Source: Mytilus edulis (taxonomy: Eukaryota). Taken from it: a stretch of 64,000 bases of DNA. The DNA is taken from contig NC_092355.1 of assembly GCF_963676685.1 (NCBI RefSeq), positions 43,958,001-44,022,000 on the forward strand. The letters are read 5' to 3'. Positions 11,722 to 24,570 of the stretch are shown here, one piece after another. Each line of letters opens with the position of its first letter. Within the stretch, counting starts at the first letter, position 1. Below the pieces are notes generated by a model, which saw only the letters and a list, made by a program, of their open reading frames with translations, was not told the origin of the DNA and searched no databases. Both the position numbers and the translations under genes were made by a program.

Positions 11722-14700
11722 TAGTCCGGCCGATTGGTGCAGATATAGGACAGAATTGCTCACTTGATGAGGAAAGCATGAAACTTTGCACAGTAGTTTT
11801 TGGTCATATACCCTTTGATTTCAGCTATGGACCCACTCTGAAAAATCCAATATGGCTGCCATATTCAAGATGGCGGAATAACGTTAAAAATAGCAAGAAT
11901 TTCCGCAAGGTATTCTATTTAATTACGGAAATTAAAGTAATGATTATTTAAAATGATCTTCATGTTTTTGAATTTGTTATCAATTAATTTTAAAATATAA
12001 AAAAAAAAAATTAGTTCTTTATATAACGCATACATTTGCAAATATGGCTGCATATACAAAAACAAATAGTGAAATTCAAAATGTTAATCAATATGTTACA
12101 TGTTATTGTAATTGTTCTGTAAACGCTTTCAGTTTTAATGATTGGAATGAAATATGTTGAAGCGAGTCTATTGAACGTTAATATAGGTAGGTTAAATGTG
12201 GTGGAATATTATGTAACTTATCTGAACTTTAAGGCAGTGCCGAGGGCACTTTGTCTCGTGTCTCTTCAATACCACGTCTTACGGCACTTATCGCGTTTTC
12301 ATCTGCCGTACCCACTACATCGTCAAACTATTCTATTTAATCAATAGGCGTACCTTTCTTCAGGCGCATTAGACGATTGCCATCATTTAAAATAGTTAAG
12401 GGGCAACTATTTCCTTTTCCAACTACATGCGAAACCAGTTCGCAACTAGTCAGCGAGCATGGTCCTAAAATGCACTCCTGGGTAGCACTTTTTTTAGTTT
12501 AAACGGTAACAGTCATTTCTGAGTGATGGTTCGTTTTATGCAAATTTGCTGAGTTTAAATCACGTTTCCACTGTTAACAAATGCCGCATTTTTCACTTTA
12601 ATGTTGATGCTGAGTGTGGGAGTACTCAGATTTATCACTGCGCTCAGTGTGTCCAAAATATCTAGCATAACATCGTATGTTAAAATGGCTCTTAACACAC
12701 ATCTTATTTTATGTTTACTCTATCAATGTCGAGAGTCGTTCTTTATAATCTTCTCAATAACAAGCTGTTCTCCCAAACCATGTAGCGTAACGGTCTCCAA
12801 ATCTCCATTATCTGCCGGAATTAATTTCTCATTCACTAATGTTATCATTGCAGCAGTGTCCACAATCATGCTCAATTTCTGGTCATGTATAGTACCTTGT
12901 ACTGCTAAGCTCTTTCAGATGGTTCGTCTGATGACAATATAGGAGGGGTTGCGCTTTGATCTAATCTATATCCTGGTGAAGTTAATTGACCGTTGTCTGA
13001 AATAATCAGGATTTCTGGAGTTTGTCCGTGGAGATGCTAACCGTTGTCCTTAAGGACTTTATTATCCCTGTCTTAGTGGGGGTGTTGCTGGTCGATGTGC
13101 ATTAAACTTGGGTGTATTTCTATCTGGCGATCTACCGCGATTGTATTGCTCAGGAGATTTACCTCGTGTATATTGATCAGGTGATCTTCCATGATTATTT
13201 GATCAGAAGGAACAAGGTTATATTGATAGGCTAATCCACGGGTATGCTGATTAGTTGAAAGCATAACATCAGCTAGTTTTGTGAGAATTTGTGTGAGTTA
13301 ATGCCCCTCATTTTCCAGAGGACTACTGATATTTCCTTTATCGGTAGGTGATACTGCACCGTCAGTAAAGTAGACTTGCCGATGGCCATAATTGGCACTT
13401 TTTGATCCATATATCGCCATCTGGTTGGCTTTTGAGGTTTTCAATTGTTTTAACGCCTTGTTGAATATTTCTAGGTTCCTCTCTATTATATGCCTTGCAG
13501 ACTCTTTGTCTTTTAAATTACATCTTTGAAGGAATGCTTCGATTCCAATCTGGTTTGATCGTCTTCCTTGTTGAAGCGCTGCTCTGCTCCAATACTTTTC
13601 TTTTGGCCTTTGAATCATCATCTGTGTTCACCTTGCTAGAGTACCCAAAGCCAACATCGGCCTGACAATCTGGGAGCCTACACACATTGTTCCTGTTTTC
13701 CCATTGTCATCTACCGGCAGTTCGTTCAAATTGGTAAATGAACGCCTTCCAATACAAGGATCCTCTTCAATTGAGTATTTGCATTTTTTGGGAGCTGTAG
13801 GCTTCGGTTCCGGTCTCTTGCACCGAGATTTATTGCCATCGACTATATTCTCTCTCGAATGAAGTGTCTGAAGACGAGCTGTTGCCACACTCTTTTGGTT
13901 TCATCTGCCCTTTCCTGGATCGGTCAGTGGAGTCAGCTTGCTGTTATGGAAAGTCTGTTAGAGATTCAGGAGCTGACTAGGTTGTCATAAGTGGAGTGAT
14001 AAATTTGGGAGGAGGATTTGCCATTGACTCGACGGAGATGATACCGTAAGTAGGCACTGCAGTCAGTATTGGAGATGCCAGTTGATGCCAGTTGTTGGAA
14101 GGTACCCTGCTGTTTAAATACACTTTTGAATTGAACTGTGTCTCCTTCATCAGTTTTTGTCAGCTTGTCCATCCGTCTCACCACAACATTGACTATCTTA
14201 TTGGTCTGACCATCAATTCCGCCAAGCAATTACCACTAGCCTTGTGGTCTATCCTGTCTACAAACTGCTAACGTTACTGAGATATTGCTGTTTGTTATTA
14301 ATATTCATTGCCTCTTTCTGTTCAGCTTGCGTCGTAAGGAGACCAACATATATTTTATCAATTGGCGCTTCGCTCTGTTTTATATTGCGGTTAGTCTCAG
14401 CTCTTCTTTGAACATTATATTTCCTAATAGTCACTTCTTTGTTGTCCTCTGTTAAAGAGTCTTCTATTGTGGGTTTGTCAATGTCCTAAAGTGATTCAGT
14501 TTCTGGCATTTAAATGTTCTTGTCCTTGTTGTCCTCAACTCCTGCCATTTCACTGATATGTGTTAAATTTTAAATGATTCTCAATTCACAGTTTAATATC
14601 TCAAATTGCAAATTATTGCGACCTAAGAAATAAAATAGGCACTGAATATTTTTGGGGGCAGATTAATTCCAAATCACAGCTTTTATGTGTGACCCAAGAC

Positions 14701-15190
14701 AACAAATAGTGCAGCTTTTAATGAAAGCTACTATTGCAGCTTTTTATGAAAGCTACTACTTTGTGTATGAAATGACAAGCCAGGCAAAATCAAAAAGGGC
14801 AGAAATGGGACAAAGACTTAATGACATTATACATCAATAAAATGCTTAAATTCAGGTCAATAATGAATATTTGCTTATTTTTCAAGGCGGTCATTTTGAA
14901 AATAGCCGCCATTTTGAATTTCAAAGATAGATCAAAACAAAATCTTGCAAAATACACCAATACATTCAAATTTGTTGATTTTTGTGCTTCCAGCATCAAA
15001 TCCACTGTGGCTCGTGCAATACTGGAAAATATTTTAAAATGTATGGCAGCCATCTTGAAATAAGCCGCCATATTGAATGTTGAGGGTGGGTCCATAGCTA
15101 ATATTGCTTAGTACACAAAAATGTACCATCATGCAAAATTTGGTGCTTTCCTCAATATTTGAGCAATTTTTTCACCGATCGGCCGGACTA
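11722..15190. mobile_element. Non-autonomous TIR DNA transposon, Academ-like, copy 1
   Basis: Termini TAGTCCGGCCGATTGGTG ... CACCGATCGGCCGGACTA, with long imperfect subterminal inverted arms rich in aanatggcngcc motifs. The dimer as a whole is flanked by a TTA duplication (11719-11721, 18658-18660). TAG..CTA ends with a 3-bp TSD fit Academ. Confidence 0.75.
12720..14560 (-). pseudogene. Captured Gypsy-type gag-protease fragment (copy 1)
   Basis: Minus strand gives gag-like IEAFLQRCNLKDKESARHIIERN...KALKQLKTS and aspartic protease SLAVQGTIHDQKLSMIVDTAAMITLVN (~12835-12912). No RT follows. Confidence 0.7.
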
Positions 15191-18100
15191 GTCCGGCCGA
15201 TTGGTGCAGATATAGGACAGAATTGCTCACTTGATGAGGAAAGCATGAAACTTTGCACAGTAGTTTTTGGTCATATACCCTTTGATTTCAGCTATGGACC
15301 CACTCTGAAAAATCCAATATGGCTGCCATATTCAAGATGGCGGAATAACGTTAAAAATAGCAAGAATTTCCGCAAGGTATTCTATTTAATTACGGAAATT
15401 AAAGTAATGATTATTTAAAATGATCTTCATGTTTTTGAATTTGTTATCAATTAATTTTAAAATATAAAAAAAAAAAATTAGTTCTTTATATAACGCATAC
15501 ATTTGCAAATATGGCTGCATATACAAAAACAAATAGTGAAATTCAAAATGTTAATCAATATGTTACATGTTATTGTAATTGTTCTGTAAACGCTTTCAGT
15601 TTTAATGATTGGAATGAAATATGTTGAAGCGAGTCTATTGAACGTTAATATAGGTAGGTTAAATGTGGTGGAATATTATGTAACTTATCTGAACTTTAAG
15701 GCAGTGCCGAGGGCACTTTGTCTCGTGTCTCTTCAATACCACGTCTTACGGCACTTATCGCGTTTTCATCTGCCGTACCCACTACATCGTCAAACTATTC
15801 TATTTAATCAATAGGCGTACCTTTCTTCAGGCGCATTAGACGATTGCCATCATTTAAAATAGTTAAGGGGCAACTATTTCCTTTTCCAACTACATGCGAA
15901 ACCAGTTCGCAACTAGTCAGCGAGCATGGTCCTAAAATGCACTCCTGGGTAGCACTTTTTTTAGTTTAAACGGTAACAGTCATTTCTGAGTGATGGTTCG
16001 TTTTATGCAAATTTGCTGAGTTTAAATCACGTTTCCACTGTTAACAAATGCCGCATTTTTCACTTTAATGTTGATGCTGAGTGTGGGAGTACTCAGATTT
16101 ATCACTGCGCTCAGTGTGTCCAAAATATCTAGCATAACATCGTATGTTAAAATGGCTCTTAACACACATCTTATTTTATGTTTACTCTATCAATGTCGAG
16201 AGTCGTTCTTTATAATCTTCTCAATAACAAGCTGTTCTCCCAAACCATGTAGCGTAACGGTCTCCAAATCTCCATTATCTGCCGGAATTAATTTCTCATT
16301 CACTAATGTTATCATTGCAGCAGTGTCCACAATCATGCTCAATTTCTGGTCATGTATAGTACCTTGTACTGCTAAGCTCTTTCAGATGGTTCGTCTGATG
16401 ACAATATAGGAGGGGTTGCGCTTTGATCTAATCTATATCCTGGTGAAGTTAATTGACCGTTGTCTGAAATAATCAGGATTTCTGGAGTTTGTCCGTGGAG
16501 ATGCTAACCGTTGTCCTTAAGGACTTTATTATCCCTGTCTTAGTGGGGGTGTTGCTGGTCGATGTGCATTAAACTTGGGTGTATTTCTATCTGGCGATCT
16601 ACCGCGATTGTATTGCTCAGGAGATTTACCTCGTGTATATTGATCAGGTGATCTTCCATGATTATTTGATCAGAAGGAACAAGGTTATATTGATAGGCTA
16701 ATCCACGGGTATGCTGATTAGTTGAAAGCATAACATCAGCTAGTTTTGTGAGAATTTGTGTGAGTTAATGCCCCTCATTTTCCAGAGGACTACTGATATT
16801 TCCTTTATCGGTAGGTGATACTGCACCGTCAGTAAAGTAGACTTGCCGATGGCCATAATTGGCACTTTTTGATCCATATATCGCCATCTGGTTGGCTTTT
16901 GAGGTTTTCAATTGTTTTAACGCCTTGTTGAATATTTCTAGGTTCCTCTCTATTATATGCCTTGCAGACTCTTTGTCTTTTAAATTACATCTTTGAAGGA
17001 ATGCTTCGATTCCAATCTGGTTTGATCGTCTTCCTTGTTGAAGCGCTGCTCTGCTCCAATACTTTTCTTTTGGCCTTTGAATCATCATCTGTGTTCACCT
17101 TGCTAGAGTACCCAAAGCCAACATCGGCCTGACAATCTGGGAGCCTACACACATTGTTCCTGTTTTCCCATTGTCATCTACCGGCAGTTCGTTCAAATTG
17201 GTAAATGAACGCCTTCCAATACAAGGATCCTCTTCAATTGAGTATTTGCATTTTTTGGGAGCTGTAGGCTTCGGTTCCGGTCTCTTGCACCGAGATTTAT
17301 TGCCATCGACTATATTCTCTCTCGAATGAAGTGTCTGAAGACGAGCTGTTGCCACACTCTTTTGGTTTCATCTGCCCTTTCCTGGATCGGTCAGTGGAGT
17401 CAGCTTGCTGTTATGGAAAGTCTGTTAGAGATTCAGGAGCTGACTAGGTTGTCATAAGTGGAGTGATAAATTTGGGAGGAGGATTTGCCATTGACTCGAC
17501 GGAGATGATACCGTAAGTAGGCACTGCAGTCAGTATTGGAGATGCCAGTTGATGCCAGTTGTTGGAAGGTACCCTGCTGTTTAAATACACTTTTGAATTG
17601 AACTGTGTCTCCTTCATCAGTTTTTGTCAGCTTGTCCATCCGTCTCACCACAACATTGACTATCTTATTGGTCTGACCATCAATTCCGCCAAGCAATTAC
17701 CACTAGCCTTGTGGTCTATCCTGTCTACAAACTGCTAACGTTACTGAGATATTGCTGTTTGTTATTAATATTCATTGCCTCTTTCTGTTCAGCTTGCGTC
17801 GTAAGGAGACCAACATATATTTTATCAATTGGCGCTTCGCTCTGTTTTATATTGCGGTTAGTCTCAGCTCTTCTTTGAACATTATATTTCCTAATAGTCA
17901 CTTCTTTGTTGTCCTCTGTTAAAGAGTCTTCTATTGTGGGTTTGTCAATGTCCTAAAGTGATTCAGTTTCTGGCATTTAAATGTTCTTGTCCTTGTTGTC
18001 CTCAACTCCTGCCATTTCACTGATATGTGTTAAATTTTAAATGATTCTCAATTCACAGTTTAATATCTCAAATTGCAAATTATTGCGACCTAAGAAATAA

Positions 18101-18657
18101 AATAGGCACTGAATATTTTTGGGGGCAGATTAATTCCAAATCACAGCTTTTATGTGTGACCCAAGACAACAAATAGTGCAGCTTTTAATGAAAGCTACTA
18201 TTGCAGCTTTTTATGAAAGCTACTACTTTGTGTATGAAATGACAAGCCAGGCAAAATCAAAAAGGGCAGAAATGGGACAAAGACTTAATGACATTATACA
18301 TCAATAAAATGCTTAAATTCAGGTCAATAATGAATATTTGCTTATTTTTCAAGGCGGTCATTTTGAAAATAGCCGCCATTTTGAATTTCAAAGATAGATC
18401 AAAACAAAATCTTGCAAAATACACCAATACATTCAAATTTGTTGATTTTTGTGCTTCCAGCATCAAATCCACTGTGGCTCGTGCAATACTGGAAAATATT
18501 TTAAAATGTATGGCAGCCATCTTGAAATAAGCCGCCATATTGAATGTTGAGGGTGGGTCCATAGCTAATATTGCTTAGTACACAAAAATGTACCATCATG
18601 CAAAATTTGGTGCTTTCCTCAATATTTGAGCAATTTTTTCACCGATCGGCCGGACTA
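15189..18657. mobile_element. Academ-like element, copy 2 (head-to-tail tandem)
   Basis: Offset is exactly 3467 bp from copy 1 and all ORF-track translations are identical. Junction GGAC-TA-GTCC. Confidence 0.85.
16187..18027 (-). pseudogene. Captured Gypsy-type gag-protease fragment (copy 2)
   Basis: Duplicate of 12720-14560 at +3467. Confidence 0.7.
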
Positions 18658-18666
18658 TTAAAGTAA

Positions 18667-19314
18667 TGTAGGGTTGTGGGCCCAAATATACCATCAGTAA
18701 TTAGTTACGAATCAGTTCACATGTTCTTTATTATTTCAATTCTCTTTTAAATACACATGAAAGGATTAACTGAAATACAAAAAATACACAAAAATAGAAT
18801 AAAGAATCGGAGCTGCAAAATGAACACTTTACCATAACAAAATACAGCATAAACACGTGATCATAAAATATCTAAAATCATACTTTTAATAATACTTTCT
18901 TATAGTTTATATGTGATTTTATATGCATTATATAATTCTGACAACCAAATATATGTCTTATACCAGGTCTATCTTTTTTCTATATATATATTAAACATTT
19001 CTATGTTTTCTCTTTTACAATTTACAGCGTCTCAAAAGGTACGATAAAATGGTCAAAATACTCTTATAATAGTTTACCAAAAAACTTCTATTAAATACAC
19101 ATATTCTTTGACTCATATATAACAAACATACCGTATTGGTTGTCCATGGTATTCTAATATAGCTTCAAAAACGTTTAACTTCAAAATTAGCTTCATCACA
19201 TTCGATTCACAAAAATAAGTTCTCTTTCGATTAGGAGACCGAAACATGCTAAAAAATGCTTGTTTACAATAAAGTGTTGCTTTCAAATAAAAATAAGTTA
19301 ACCAACCAACTTTG
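18667..19314 (-). repeat. 5' LTR of BEL/Pao element (outer ~9 bp missing)
   Basis: Matches 6240-6862 with several substitutions and indels. Similarity stops at caactttg, before the terminal gtcttaaca. Confidence 0.88.
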
Positions 19315-22109
19315 TAGTTTAAATTAAAAAAAAATATGAAAATATAGACTTAAAAATAGTTCTCTCCAGTTGTTGGAATAGTTAACGTTGGGTTTACCAT
19401 TTAAGTATATCTTAAAGATTTGTATTGAGGAGTATATATAATTTTTATTTTTTTTTATTTTTCAACCCAGTATCTATAATGCGGTTATTTTCTATTCTTT
19501 CTCCTTTTGGTTTGTGGTTAATTTAATCCGTCAACTAATAAAAGTTAGTTAGTAGTTCGGGATCCTATAATCCGACGTTACTAGTCTTAGTGTACCTGTT
19601 CTGGAGTACGCAAGGATGTCATAACGGACAAATTTTTACACTTCTTTAATGAACTTAAGGTGGTTCTTTGTCAAGATACACAATTCAATTTAATTCAATG
19701 TTTTATTAGAGTCTCATCTCTCAACAAGTACAATCAATCTTTATACATTGTAAAATAACACTAAATGAAATGAGAGGCATTCTATACAGAATTATAAGAG
19801 ACTATTAAAATACATAGATATAATACACAATATGAAATAAAATACTATTTACAATATATAAAATTTCTACGCCTTTTTAAAATCAAATGACAGGTTTTGG
19901 CACACACACGTATCATATTTACATCTGAGAATAAAAACACTCACTTTTGATTATCATCTAAAGTATTAAAATTATCATTAAAAGTTTCAGCAACATAATA
20001 TAAATGGTTTCTAAAATCGTCATAAAGAGGACATCTTAATAAAACATGCGCTTCATCTTCAATACAAACATTACATATATGGCACACTCTATTTTCTAAA
20101 ACAATATTTTCATATCTCCTAGTTTCACCTAGGGAGCAACACCACATCTAAATTTGGCGAAAGCACTTCTGTGACTGAAGGGTAAAGTTATTTTGCAGTA
20201 TTCCTCTGGTTCAAAAGTTTCTTTAAACAGTCTGTAAGTTTGTAGCTTTTTGCCACCTCTGTCCGATATAGATTTATCAGAATTTAAAACAGCATGCCAA
20301 TTATCGACATGTTTTTTTGTGTAATTTTGACATAAACATTTTTATACCATAGTTAGTGTCCATATTTTCAGGACACGATAAATAACTTAAATTTAGTTCA
20401 CAGAAGGTTTTCTTTACTAAAAAATTCCAGTTTTTAACACACTTATGCTTAATACTCATACTATCAGCCCACCTGTGTACTTTTGCATTTAACAGATTTG
20501 AGCTCATGTTATTTAATCTACACCACAAACGAATAATACTTTTTCACTGCTTATCAAAAATAGGTGTTGTATCTAAATCTCCTGTAACTGCAGCATTTGT
20601 AGCATATTTTCCTACTCCGAGAAAAAATCTACAAGCCCTGTTATGTATTGAGTTAATACAAGAATATGTTTTTACACCCCATATACCTGCTCCATATTCT
20701 ATTATAGGACAAACCAAACTTTCATATAATTTTACAAATACATCGAAACAAGCACCACCTAAAAGTTTACACTTGGCTATTACCAACCCTAAAGCTCTAT
20801 TTGCTGAAGATGCAACGGCTTTTGCAGTAACATTATAGTCTAAATGCTCGTTTAAAACGAGACCAAGATAAGTATAATAACTACAAAACTTGAACGTTGA
20901 AAGTATAACCATTACAATTAAAAATTACATGAGATCTAGGTATAGATGGCGGTCTAAAATGTACAACGTTACCCTTGTTTGCATTAATTGTCATACAATT
21001 GTCTTCATACCATGTAGATAAAGCATTTAACAGAAGTTGTAGCTTTTTTTCATCGTTTGCTATAATTACAACGTCATCAGCATATAATAAAATACACAGT
21101 TTTTCATCACCTATTTCTTTTCCGCAGCCAAAGGACTTAAGAAATGTAACTAAATTATTAATATACAAGTTGAACAAAATTGGCGACAAGGGACATCCTT
21201 GTTTCAAGCCACAGTTAACATTAAATCAGTCTGTGAAATGACCGTTTATTCTTACAGAAAATAAAATATTGGTATAAATTGACTTAATAGCAGAACAAAA
21301 ATTCTGTGCAACACCCATTTTATTTAGTTTATACCATAAAATATCCCTTTGTATAGTGTCGTAAGTCTTTTTAAAATCTATAAAGGCGCAAAAGGTTGAT
21401 TTACGAAGTTTTTTTCTTACACCAATCAAAATAGTAAGACTAGATAATTGGTCAATTGTACTACGTTGTTGCCGGAAACCATTTTGCTCGTCAGCCAGTA
21501 CATTGTTATCATCTACCCATTGAGCTAATCTATCGATCAGTACATTACAGTACAATTTGTAAGACACTGCTGCAAGAGCGATCCCTCTAAAACAAAGGGG
21601 GTCTCTCGCGTCTGGCATGTTAGATTTAGGGATAGGATTTATAATAATTCTATTCGAATCCATAAATCGGGAACATTACCATATCTAACACAAATATCAA
21701 ATAAATGGTCTAGAAATAGAGCTGAACTCTGGTTAAGAAAAACCTCCCCCGGTAGGTTATCGATGCCAGCAGATTTACCCCTTTTTGTCTTTTCAATAAC
21801 ATGTACTGTTTCTTGAAACGAAATGGGTTCCGTCAACAAAAAATTATTAAAAGTACTCGCTTCATTTAAACTGGTACAAAAAGCAGAAACCCTAATCGCA
21901 CTGTTTTGCTGATTAAGCAATTCCGAATGTTCAGATTTCCATTTACCAAGAACATCTGTTAATTCAGAACTGACATTACCGTCATCATCGATTACTTCCA
22001 TAGGAATGACATGTTTACTACTTTCTGCAATACCTATTTTACGAATCTTTTCCCAAAACATATGCTGATTTTTGCTAGATTCAGAGAGTAATTGCTTCTG
22101 CATGTCATA

Positions 22110-22574
22110 CAGCCCTTGGATGGTGTAAACTTCCCAAAACAACGTGTATGGTGTAATGGTGTATGGCATATGGTGCAATGGTGTAAGGTGTATGGTGCTA
22201 TGGTGTATGGTGTAAGGGGAATGGTGTAATGGTGTATGAGGAATGGTGCGACTGTGTAACGTGCGATCGGGAATGGTGTGAATGATAGTGTACGACCTTT
22301 CATTGGTTGCAAACGCTTTTTTTTTATTTCATTTTTTTCGGATTGTAAGCATAAACATAATAAAAATTTTAATATTTAAAATTTAATTGCATTATGGGTA
22401 ATTTCGGATCGTGTAGATAGAATGGGGAATGGTGTAGCGTGTAAAGTGTAAGGTGTATGGTGCAAGGGTGTAACGTGTACGTTGTAATGGTACAAGGTGT
22501 ATGGTGTAATGGGGTATGGTGTATGGTGTAATGGTGTACGGTGTTAGTGGGAAGTTTACACCATCCAAGGACTG
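22110..22574. mobile_element. TA-TSD MITE filled with degenerate (TGGTGTA)n heptamers
   Basis: ta|cagcccttggatggtgtaaacttccca ... tgggaagtttacaccatccaaggactg|ta. Removing it restores the LINE frame KRKYWY-DMQKQLL. Confidence 0.88.
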
Positions 22575-22853
22575 TACCAATACTTCCTCTTACTTTTTTG
22601 AACCTCACTATCAAAATGTTTCCTCTTTTGTACATTAATAGCTTTTAGCTGTTTTTGTTGCATGTTATTACATTTATTCCATGTTTTTTCAGCATTACAC
22701 ATCTCATACCACAATTTACTCAAAGATTCATTCCACCTAGGGTTTCTTATTCCGATATTTTTTATTTGGTTGCTTACCACCAACAAAAATAGTCTTACTT
22801 GGTATTTTATCAGACATCTCTGATTCAACCTTTTTACAAAAATCATCATAAAT

Positions 22854-24570
22854 GAGGGGGGGCAAGGGGTTTAACTGTTATGCTGTTATGGGGCAATTTA
22901 ATTCTTTGTTAACTGTTATTTTGAAAATATATTTGCTGTTAGCTGTTATTGTCTTATTCTTTGTTAGCTGTTATTGGGCTTTTAGTTTTTTTGTTATCTG
23001 TTATTGTGATAATGTATTTGCTGTTAACTGTTATTGAAAATTGGAATGTTAGCATTTTTTTTGACAGTCAATATTCGGTATAAATTGAAGATCATTGGCC
23101 ATTGGGGTCTACCACTACTAATATGTTTGTCCCGTATTCAGAGAAGGATTCCATTAACATATACCCATCACAGAAGTGATTATCCTTTGTAATAAATTCC
23201 ATTTTTTTATGAATGTGTATTTAGAATTATCTTAATTTTTTGTATGAGAATAATGTTCCTTGTTTTCCGTACGAACATATTAAATTAAAACAATTCTTAA
23301 TATGACAAAAAGGAAAACATATGGCCAGGAATATCTGACAAGGATCTCAATTACGGACTAGGTCCTAACAACCACTTAACCTTTTATATAATATGGTACA
23401 TAGACTCAGCTCTGTAATTCTTTTCAAAGCAGAACCAAATGCATTGTACAATGAAAGTTCCAACCATGTACTTGGGTCCGAAGCTGCACATTACTCATTA
23501 CAAACAAAGATTTATTTCGTTTCAAGCCATTGTTTCCCTACTAAACTATGTATTCTACTTACTAGTACACTTGGTACAATCAAAAACCTCAACTGATAAA
23601 AAATTGTTCAAATAGGGCCTTTGAAAATAGTGGAATAAATTGCTTTTAGAGTGTCAAAATTCTTTCGAAGTACTTGATAAATTGCATGCTTATAATTGGT
23701 GCTTTTGATTTTTCTACCCTATATACCACTTTGCCTCAAAGTTTTATTAAGAAAAATTCACACACCTCACTAAATAGTCATTTAGAAAAAGTCAGAATAT
23801 TCAAACTCTTTTAGGTCACTTTTTTGATTAGCAACAAAGGAAGCTTCAGTCAATATATATAAACAATACACCAACGTTTCATGAGAACTGCTGAAAACAT
23901 TTTTGTGTTAATGTCTGAAAACTGGAAAATCACCCCTTTTTAATTAATAAAACCCGTTAACTCGGAAACGTAAAATCTAAAATTTATAAAAACTAAAAGT
24001 TACCTCATGTTAATAGATATAAACAATTCACCAAAATTCCTTGCTTTGTGAAAGCATTTTTGAGATATTATCAGAAAACTGAGAAAAAAAAACACAAATT
24101 TTATTGAATAAAAACCCATTACCCAGAAACTTAAAATCTAAAATTTATATAAAAAAAAACCAAAAAGGGAGCTCACGTCAATAGATATAAACAATTTCCC
24201 AAAGTTTAATGCAAATGGTTAAAGAGTTTTTGAGTTAATGTCCGACATGTTGACAACAGACGGACAACAGTATACCATAATACGTTCCGTAAACGAGCGT
24301 ATAAAAATATTATAATATATTGAGTAGTAATTTAAACACATTCTAGATACATAAATTAATACTAAAAAAAACATAGTCATAAAAAATGGAATGCATTACA
24401 AAGGATTATATCCGTAATACGAAATACTGATTTGTCAAAGACCGAATTATTTTAATATTTCATTTACTGTTATCTGTTTTTGTCCATTTTAATTCCTTGT
24501 TATCTGTTATGAGCCAAATCAATTTGCTGTTTTGCTGTTATTGGGACCCCCTTGCCCCCCCCCCCCCCTC
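22854..24570. mobile_element. Non-autonomous DNA transposon with G-rich TIRs and 6-bp TSD
   Basis: ataaat|gagggggggcaagggg ... ccccttgccccccccccccctc|ataaat, with subterminal ctgtta repeats at both ends. Removing it restores LINE ENGIYDDFCK. Confidence 0.8.

Larger units (their letters stand above)
6240..19314 (-). mobile_element. BEL/Pao LTR retrotransposon, decayed and interrupted
   Basis: Two related LTRs flank gag, RT, RNase H and integrase remnants in BEL/Pao order. A purine-rich PPT (aggggccggta, minus) abuts the 3' LTR start TG at 6871. Confidence 0.92.

Noticed and set aside
14790-15418. ORFs rich in KMAA motifs (also 18257-18562)
   Set aside because: They are translations of the repeated aanatggcngcc subterminal motifs of the TIR element, not proteins.
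6230-19325. TSD for the BEL/Pao element
   Set aside because: The outer end of the 5' LTR is missing, so no duplication could be identified.
22034-22635. His/Tyr/Thr/Pro-rich ORFs resembling adhesive or structural proteins
   Set aside because: They arise from the heptamer repeats inside a TSD-flanked MITE that interrupts a LINE.
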